Positions 14,494 to 20,000 of a DNA stretch of 20,000 nt are shown here, in pieces. Where the stretch lies: the IMG/VR virus record IMGVR_UViG_3300030116_002442. One strand, written 5' to 3'. The position numbers and the translations under genes are program-made. The stretch comes from an uncultured virus (IMG/VR IMGVR_UViG_3300030116_002442). Taxonomy: Duplodnaviria; Heunggongvirae; Uroviricota; Caudoviricetes. The notes below the pieces were generated by a model, which saw only the letters and a program-made list of their open reading frames with translations, was not told the DNA's origin and did no database searches. How positions within the stretch are numbered: the first letter of the stretch is position 1; each line of letters begins with the position of its first letter.

Positions 14494-14530
14494 GTTGATA
14501 ACTTTTTTTTATTATTAACAATTATTAATA

Positions 14531-14538
14531 TAAATTTG
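14531..14538 (+). promoter_or_regulatory. Bacteroidota-type -7 promoter box (TAAATTTG) heading the replication module
   Basis: TAnnTTTGCA, 7 nt before ATG 14546. Confidence 0.7.
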
Positions 14539-14545
14539 CAACCTC

Positions 14546-14863
14546 ATGGATAAATTACAAAAACAATTATGGTTCGATACTTTCTGGAAAGAGTATCCCA
14601 AAAAGGTAGGTAAAAAACAATGTAAGACATACTGGTCTAAACTAAAAGTGTCAGCAGAGTTATTCACTATCATTATGGACAGTTTGGTTGCTCAAAACGT
14701 CCTACGTGCAAAATATGCGCAAAATAATGCGTGGTACCCTAATCCTCCCGACCCTATTCGTTGGCTTAAATACGAACGTTGGGAAGATGAATTACCACCA
14801 ATGGAAACTGAAGTTAAACAGGTTTATAAAAAACCACAATACAAAAATTATGATGAAAGATAA
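14546..14863 (+). CDS. Phage replication-initiator/replisome-organiser C-terminal-like domain, stand-alone
   Basis: FDTFWKEYPKKVGK…W…P…WLKYERWEDE pattern; upstream of DnaB. Confidence 0.7.
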   Translation: MDKLQKQLWFDTFWKEYPKKVGKKQCKTYWSKLKVSAELFTIIMDSLVAQNVLRAKYAQNNAWYPNPPDPIRWLKYERWEDELPPMETEVKQVYKKPQYKNYDER

Positions 14864-15029
14864 TGTAATAGTAGATTACGATAAAGTGCAAGACGCTTTA
14901 CAATACTTCCAAGAATTTAGAATGGAAGAATTAAAACAAGACGACGCTTATTATATTAAACATATGATAAGGTATATAGAATACCTAGAGTTTAAAATAG
15001 ATGTTAAAAATAAAGCGTTAGGATTATGA
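14853..15029 (+). CDS. Hypothetical protein, ~58 aa (MKDNVIVDYD…)
   Basis: 3' part of track ORF 14688..15029; ATG at 14850 or 14853; ATGA overlap with dnaB. Confidence 0.65.
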   Translation: MKDNVIVDYDKVQDALQYFQEFRMEELKQDDAYYIKHMIRYIEYLEFKIDVKNKALGL

Positions 15030-16327
15030 ATAAAGATAAATTAAATTTTGAAAGAATATTACTTGGTAAACTTATTAATAACCCTGAAAATTATTATGAA
15101 AACCACTCTCTTTTAAATGTATCTTTATTTAGTAACCCAGACAATAGAAAATTGTTTTCAGTATTAGATAAACAATATCAAGAAACAGGTAAAATAGATT
15201 TGACACAATTTTATATGTCTTTTTCTGACTCATCTACAGCTATAGATATAGCTCGTAAATGCACAGAAATGGCTTATGATGGCTCTACATGTCAATCTAT
15301 TATACTTGTTTTAAATCAAATATCTAGAAAAGAAAGATTAAAAATGTTATGTTTAAAAACTATAGACAGAATTAATAATGACGATGATTTATTTGAAATA
15401 GTAGATTCTGTTGAAAAAGAAACAAACAATATAGGTAATGTAGATAACAATGAATTAGTTTCTATAAGCGAACAAATGCCAGGTATGCTTAAAGGTTTAG
15501 AAGATAATATAAATTCTAACGGCATGACTGGTATACCTAGTGGCTTTCCTTCTATAGATAAATTTACAAGTGGTTGGCAAAAACAAGACTTAGTTATAAT
15601 AGGTGGTGCCTCATCTATGGGTAAAACTAGTTTTGCTTTAAATGTAGCTGTTAATGCTTGTAATATGAATCACTCTATTGTTATATTTTCTTACGAAATG
15701 AGTGTAAATCAAATGTTAATGCGTATGGTTAGTGGTGACACTAATATAAACAATAAACATTTACTTAAAGGCACTATATACCCAGAAGAGTTAACAAAAA
15801 TACACCAAAGTGTTGGTCATTTTGAAAAACTCAATATGTATATAGACGAGTGTAGAAATACATCCTTAAAATATTTACTTAATAGAATAAGACAATATGT
15901 TATATCTAAAAAAGTAGAAATGGTAGTTGTAGATTATCTTCAATTAATTTCTTACAATGCAAAGGGTAGAACAAGAGAACAAGAAGTGTCTCATGTAGCA
16001 AGGGCATTAAAAAACATAGCTAAAGAATTAGACATAACTGTAGTTGCTTTGTCTCAATTATCTAGAAATGTAAGTAAAAGAGATACGGGTAGGCCTACAC
16101 TTGCTGACTTAAGAGAATCAGGTGAAATAGAACAAGCTGCTGATGTTGTTGCTTTTGTTTATAGACCAGAATATTATGGTTTAAAAACAGATGATAATGG
16201 CAATAGTGTAGAGGGTATGGCTGAAATAATATTTGCTAAGGGTAGAAATATAGGTATAGGTAGTAAGTATTTAAAGTTTGTTGATTACTTAACTAAGTTT
16301 GAAGAGTTATCAACATTTAAATCTTAA
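15026..16327 (+). CDS. dnaB: Replicative DNA helicase, DnaB family
   Basis: GIPSGF, GGASSMGKT (Walker A), FSYEMS, VVVDYLQL, LSQLSR, DLRESGEIEQAAD and KGRN motifs. Confidence 0.96.
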   Translation: MNKDKLNFERILLGKLINNPENYYENHSLLNVSLFSNPDNRKLFSVLDKQYQETGKIDLTQFYMSFSDSSTAIDIARKCTEMAYDGSTCQSIILVLNQISRKERLKMLCLKTIDRINNDDDLFEIVDSVEKETNNIGNVDNNELVSISEQMPGMLKGLEDNINSNGMTGIPSGFPSIDKFTSGWQKQDLVIIGGASSMGKTSFALNVAVNACNMNHSIVIFSYEMSVNQMLMRMVSGDTNINNKHLLKGTIYPEELTKIHQSVGHFEKLNMYIDECRNTSLKYLLNRIRQYVISKKVEMVVVDYLQLISYNAKGRTREQEVSHVARALKNIAKELDITVVALSQLSRNVSKRDTGRPTLADLRESGEIEQAADVVAFVYRPEYYGLKTDDNGNSVEGMAEIIFAKGRNIGIGSKYLKFVDYLTKFEELSTFKS

Positions 16328-16361
16328 TAAACTATCAAAATATTTTTGCTTTTCTTTTTTG

Positions 16362-16388
16362 TATATTTGTATTTATTAAGTACATTTG
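16362..16388 (+). promoter_or_regulatory. Two tandem TAnnTTTG boxes (TATATTTG 16362-16369, TACATTTG 16381-16388)
   Basis: Intergenic; the second box is 6 nt before ATG 16395. Confidence 0.55.
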
Positions 16389-16394
16389 TATGAT

Positions 16395-16619
16395 ATGATT
16401 AGATTTGATGATACATCTAAAAAGGTGTCTAAAAACCTTAATATTAAAAAAGATATTGTTAAAAAAGTTCTTAACAAAACCTTCGAGGAAATAGAAAAGA
16501 ACTTAAATAACAATAAAAATTTTATGTTTAAGGGTTACACTAAAATTGTCAAGTCTAATCAGAAAAGAAAACCGATAAATAAAATCGAATTGTTTAATTT
16601 AAAAACGAAAGAAAAATGA
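16395..16619 (+). CDS. HU/IHF-like DNA-binding protein (divergent, short)
   Basis: Basic; helix-helix pattern VSKNLNIKKDIVKKVLNKTFEEIEKNL followed by FMFKGY, similar to the HU GFG strand. Confidence 0.55.
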   Translation: MIRFDDTSKKVSKNLNIKKDIVKKVLNKTFEEIEKNLNNNKNFMFKGYTKIVKSNQKRKPINKIELFNLKTKEK

Positions 16620-17299
16620 AACCGAATATAATTATTGTGGGACCCTCGGGGTCAGGTAAGTCGAGCTCTATGAGAAATCTTGACCCTAAGTCCACAGCTG
16701 TGATTAACACAGAAAGAAAACAACTGCCATTTAGAAATGCTAATGAGTTTATGAATGTGCCAGTTAAAAGTGTGTCAGAATTTCACACAGCTTTAGACAA
16801 AGCTATTAAAAGTGATAAAATAAAAACTATTGTTGTAGAATCTTTTACCTCTCTTGTAGAAACTATATATAGAGAAGCCGAAATAAGATACAAAGGCTTT
16901 GATGTGTGGGGTTATTACAACAAAGAGATAGGTAATATACTAGACAAGTCTAAGAACTCTGATAAGTACGTTATATTTACTGCTATAGATGGTGTGTATG
17001 ATGGAGATAATGGAGTTGAAGAAAGGTATGTTGCTGTAGATGGTAATAGATGGAAGAAAAGAGTAGAGAAAGAGTTTGTTGTTAGTTTATTTACAGACAC
17101 TTTATCTACTGATGATGGTGTTCAGTATAGGTTTAGAACAAATACAACAGGTAGAGATTCTGCAAAGAGTCCTATGGATATGTTCAAAAGCCTTTACATA
17201 GATAACTGTTTAAGAAAAGTTATAAGAGCTTGTAAAGACTATTATACAGAGCCACAAACAGCTATTATGAATAGTACATTTGCAAAAGAAAAAGTTTAA
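16616..17299 (+). CDS. AAA_24 / Sak4-like P-loop ATPase (single-strand annealing)
   Basis: GPSGSGKSSS, INTERKQLPF, IVVES and SAKSPMDMF…IDN motifs; directly upstream of an SSB-like gene. Confidence 0.85.
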   Translation: MKPNIIIVGPSGSGKSSSMRNLDPKSTAVINTERKQLPFRNANEFMNVPVKSVSEFHTALDKAIKSDKIKTIVVESFTSLVETIYREAEIRYKGFDVWGYYNKEIGNILDKSKNSDKYVIFTAIDGVYDGDNGVEERYVAVDGNRWKKRVEKEFVVSLFTDTLSTDDGVQYRFRTNTTGRDSAKSPMDMFKSLYIDNCLRKVIRACKDYYTEPQTAIMNSTFAKEKV

Positions 17300-17315
17300 T
17301 TAAAATCGAATAAAA

Positions 17316-17864
17316 ATGTTTCCAAAATTGAATGAAACCAAATTAAAGACTCCTGAATCTAAGTCAGATTACTTAGGTGCAGGAGCACACACAGTAGAAA
17401 TTAGAAAATTTAAAACAAGTGATGAGGTACCAGGTTATCAAGGCACGCCATATACAGAATTTATGGTGGGTAATGACTCTGGTATTGCATTTCTAAAATT
17501 CACAGGTGTAGATAACTATACTAGTGAAGCTGCTGCTAGAGTAAGAACTGAGATATTTAAATCTTTCTTAACCGCCGCAGGTTGTTCTAATTTTACAGAC
17601 GCTCACATTGCTTGCACTACAATATTAGGCAAGAAATTAGAGGTGTGTTTAGCAACAAGGGAGTATTGGACTACAGATAAAGACACCAATAATCCAGAAA
17701 TAAAAACCAGAGTTGAATACAAATTCGCAAACCCTTTTGGTAGTAAGATAACTTTTAAAGATAGTTATAACAAGCCTATGTCTGCAGAAGACAGACAAAA
17801 ATACGAACAGGCTGTTAGTCTTTCTACATCAGGTAGTAACGATAATGTTGAAGTTCCATTTTAA
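17316..17864 (+). CDS. Putative single-stranded DNA-binding protein (DUF669-like)
   Basis: YLGAGAHTVEI start, acidic tail ending VEVPF, adjacent to the Sak4-like ATPase. Confidence 0.65.
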   Translation: MFPKLNETKLKTPESKSDYLGAGAHTVEIRKFKTSDEVPGYQGTPYTEFMVGNDSGIAFLKFTGVDNYTSEAAARVRTEIFKSFLTAAGCSNFTDAHIACTTILGKKLEVCLATREYWTTDKDTNNPEIKTRVEYKFANPFGSKITFKDSYNKPMSAEDRQKYEQAVSLSTSGSNDNVEVPF

Positions 17865-17875
17865 ATATTAAAATA

Positions 17876-18046
17876 ATGAAAATAGTAAATTACTTTACAG
17901 CAAACGCAAGACAATGGGATAAATTTAAATTAGAATTTAGACTATTAGGCTTTACATTTATTGAATTAAAACTTGACATTTCTAGAAAGTGTTTTAAGTT
18001 TGTATTGTTAAACGTAGGTTTTAACTGCAATAATTGCGAATGCTAA
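17876..18046 (+). CDS. Hypothetical protein, 56 aa (MKIVNYFTANARQWDKF…CNNCEC)
   Basis: Manual ORF; its stop abuts the next ATG. Confidence 0.7.
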   Translation: MKIVNYFTANARQWDKFKLEFRLLGFTFIELKLDISRKCFKFVLLNVGFNCNNCEC

Positions 18047-18451
18047 ATGGGAAGTAAGCACTTAGCATTTATTAAAAATGGAAAAGTGACTTATCAAAAC
18101 AGAGAATTGTTTGATGACCACTTGCTCAGTTACGAGGGTAAGACTGTAGTAATTACAGTAGGGGAGCAGAGAAGGAGACGTAGTCTTAATCTCAACTCGT
18201 ATTATTGGGCAGTGGTTGTCAAACTTTTATCTGAAGAAACAGGTTATGATAAAGACGAAATGCATGAAGTATTAAAGTCTATGTTTCTTAGAACAAGGTA
18301 TCAAATAAAGGGAGTGTGGGTAGATGGAACAAAATCTACTACCAAATTATCTAATAAAGAAATGGGTGAGTTTATAGAAGAGGTAAAAAGATTTGCGTCT
18401 ACAACTTTAGGTGTATATGTTCCTGACCCAAATGAAGTAGATTATGAATAG
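18047..18451 (+). CDS. NinB/Orf-like recombination protein
   Basis: RSLNLNSYYW, HEVLK, STTKLSNKEMGEFIEEV and GVYVPDP motifs. Confidence 0.8.
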   Translation: MGSKHLAFIKNGKVTYQNRELFDDHLLSYEGKTVVITVGEQRRRRSLNLNSYYWAVVVKLLSEETGYDKDEMHEVLKSMFLRTRYQIKGVWVDGTKSTTKLSNKEMGEFIEEVKRFASTTLGVYVPDPNEVDYE

Positions 18452-18836
18452 TTTTTTTATATTAGGCAATGTGCCTTCTAGTAAGAATGGTAAAAGATGG
18501 ACGGGTAAATATCTTATACACAGTAAAACAACTATGAGATATATAAAAGAAACTAAAGATGATTACTTAAGATTAAGAAAAGATTTTACAGAGGAGTTAA
18601 AAAAATACAAACCTCCTTATATAATATCATTTAAATTTATTAGAAATAGCAAAAGAAAGTTTGATTATGTTAATCCTTTACAAACGGTACAAGACCTTAT
18701 GGTTAAGTATCATTGGATAGAAGATGATAATGCAAATTTTTTATTACCTGTATTTGAACCATATGAATATAATAAAGTTAAACCAGGTGTGTTAATCACC
18801 ATAAAATCAAATAACCATGACAAAGAGAAGAAATAA
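18444..18836 (+). CDS. RusA-like Holliday junction resolvase
   Basis: VPSSKN, RKFDYVN, QDLM and IEDDN motifs. Confidence 0.78.
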   Translation: MNSFFILGNVPSSKNGKRWTGKYLIHSKTTMRYIKETKDDYLRLRKDFTEELKKYKPPYIISFKFIRNSKRKFDYVNPLQTVQDLMVKYHWIEDDNANFLLPVFEPYEYNKVKPGVLITIKSNNHDKEKK

Positions 18837-19041
18837 TACTCACTATACTAGATTGTTAGACTACTTAAAAAAGTTTAAAAGTATAACAAGTCTAGATGCA
18901 ATAAGAGACTTAGGTAACACTAGGTTATCGGCTACTATATATACACTAAGACGTGATGGATATAATATAGAAAGTGAAGATATTAAAGTTAGTAACAGAT
19001 GGGGTGGCTCAACCACTGTATCAAAATACACATTAGTATGA
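18817..19041 (+). CDS. Winged helix-turn-helix protein
   Basis: LLDYLK…SITSLDA…RLSATIYTLRRDGYNI pattern. Confidence 0.8.
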   Translation: MTKRRNNTHYTRLLDYLKKFKSITSLDAIRDLGNTRLSATIYTLRRDGYNIESEDIKVSNRWGGSTTVSKYTLV

Positions 19042-19832
19042 AGCGACCAAATATTAAATTAATTAAAGATTCAGAGATAACTGACCATACATATTATGAA
19101 GACTGTATGTATATGTCAAACTCTATGCTTAAAATGTTTATGGAAAAATGCCCTAAACATTATGCATATAGATTAGAAAATCCTATAAAAACAACACAAG
19201 CAATGAAGTTTGGAACAGCTTTTCATATGTTAGTTTTAGAGGGTATAGAAGTTTTTCAAAAAAACTATGTAGTAGAACCCGATGTAGACAAAAGAACTAC
19301 ACTTGGTAAAGCAACTCTTATTAAGTTTAATGAACACATAGGAGATAGAATACCTATACCCGTTAAAGACCATAGTCTTATGATGAGTATGTTTGAACAA
19401 TTATCAGAACACAACAACATAGATATACTTTTACAGTGTAAAGAAAAAGAGTCAATATATTTATGGGAAAACAAAACAGTGGGATTGTTGTGTAAAGGTA
19501 AGTTTGATGCAGTTAATCATGACAAGAAATATATAGTTGATTTAAAAACCACTAGGAATGCTGGTCCAGAAAAATTTAAAGAATTACTTATGAATGCTAA
19601 GTACCATATGCAAGCAGCCTATTATCTTGATGCCCTTGGATATTCCGATTACTTTATAATAGCTATTGAGAAAGATAGGCCGCATTGCGTATGCACTTAT
19701 AAGTTAAGTAAAGAGATGATACAAGAAGGTAGAAAGCTTTATATGGATGGGTTAAAGTCGTACAAAAAGATTATTAAAAATGACGACTCTTATATGTTAG
19801 ATTATAATTTAGGAAAGATATGCAAAATATAG
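19038..19832 (+). CDS. PD-(D/E)XK nuclease, RecE/exonuclease VIII-like (DUF3799-like)
   Basis: SNSMLK, AMKFGTAFH, CKGKFD, IVDLKTT and YHMQAAYY motifs. Start moved to the ATGA overlap at 19038. Confidence 0.88.
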   Translation: MKRPNIKLIKDSEITDHTYYEDCMYMSNSMLKMFMEKCPKHYAYRLENPIKTTQAMKFGTAFHMLVLEGIEVFQKNYVVEPDVDKRTTLGKATLIKFNEHIGDRIPIPVKDHSLMMSMFEQLSEHNNIDILLQCKEKESIYLWENKTVGLLCKGKFDAVNHDKKYIVDLKTTRNAGPEKFKELLMNAKYHMQAAYYLDALGYSDYFIIAIEKDRPHCVCTYKLSKEMIQEGRKLYMDGLKSYKKIIKNDDSYMLDYNLGKICKI

Positions 19833-19924
19833 AGTTAAAAGATTTAGTTGTATTAATGATTATGTTAATATTAGCTTGTATAAATGTGTGGGTAATAGAA
19901 TATTTAATGAATAATTGTAATTAA
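19820..19924 (+). CDS. Small single-TM peptide, 34 aa
   Basis: Manual ORF MQNIELKDLVVLMIMLILACINVWVIEYLMNNCN filling the gap. Confidence 0.5.
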   Translation: MQNIELKDLVVLMIMLILACINVWVIEYLMNNCN

Positions 19925-19926
19925 TT

Positions 19927-20000
19927 ATGGAAAAAGAATTAAAATTAGAAGATAGTATAGAAATAACTATTAAAAATGTAAAGTTAGTAATTAAACATAA
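19927..20000 (+). CDS. Hypothetical protein (partial)
   Basis: MEKELKLEDSIEITIKNVKLVIKH…, open to the window end. Confidence 0.55.
   Translation, partial: MEKELKLEDSIEITIKNVKLVIKH

Noticed and set aside
14688..14849. 5' extension of ORF 14688..15029
   Set aside because: Overlaps the initiator-like gene; ATG 14850/14853 is the more plausible start.
1420..16327. Introns or inteins in terL or dnaB
   Set aside because: Both have ordinary lengths, contiguous motifs and no splicing signatures.
16343..16360. Sixth copy of the early motif (TTTTTGCTTTTCTTTTTT)
   Set aside because: Low-complexity T-tract beside host-type promoter boxes; could be chance.
8939..19474. Minus-strand ORFs at 8939, 10888, 12044, 14082, 15316, 16915 and 19265, and nested plus ORFs at 12742 and 13160
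   Set aside because: Shadow or alternate-frame ORFs overlapping well-supported genes.
1..20000. Stop-codon reassignment as seen in some crAss-like phages
   Set aside because: Long genes are intact under the standard code, and TAG and TGA both end genes at tight junctions.

Overview
AT-rich phage genome segment, most likely a crAss-like (Crassvirales-related) phage of a Bacteroidota host. The host call rests on TAnnTTTG promoter boxes and the lack of obvious Shine-Dalgarno sequences. Bases 1-7749 (minus strand) hold a late/packaging module: partial portal, terminase large subunit, a probable small subunit, an SNase-like nuclease and two families of tandem paralogous small proteins. The coding strand switches at about 7750-7900. 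Bases 7900-11900 (plus strand) form an early/accessory region of short gene cassettes. These carry a repeated ~18-nt upstream motif and are separated by an unusually dense set of candidate structured RNAs: 3- and 4-way junctions, an H-type pseudoknot, a kissing-loop pair, a hammerhead-like element and a ~300-nt multi-domain fold. Next come a class-II glutamine amidotransferase plus amidoligase pair, then a replication/recombination module (initiator-like domain, DnaB, HU-like, Sak4-like ATPase, SSB-like, NinB-like, RusA-like, HTH, RecE-like nuclease). All protein calls come from motif recognition by eye and all RNA folds from manual base-pairing; no database search or folding program was run.
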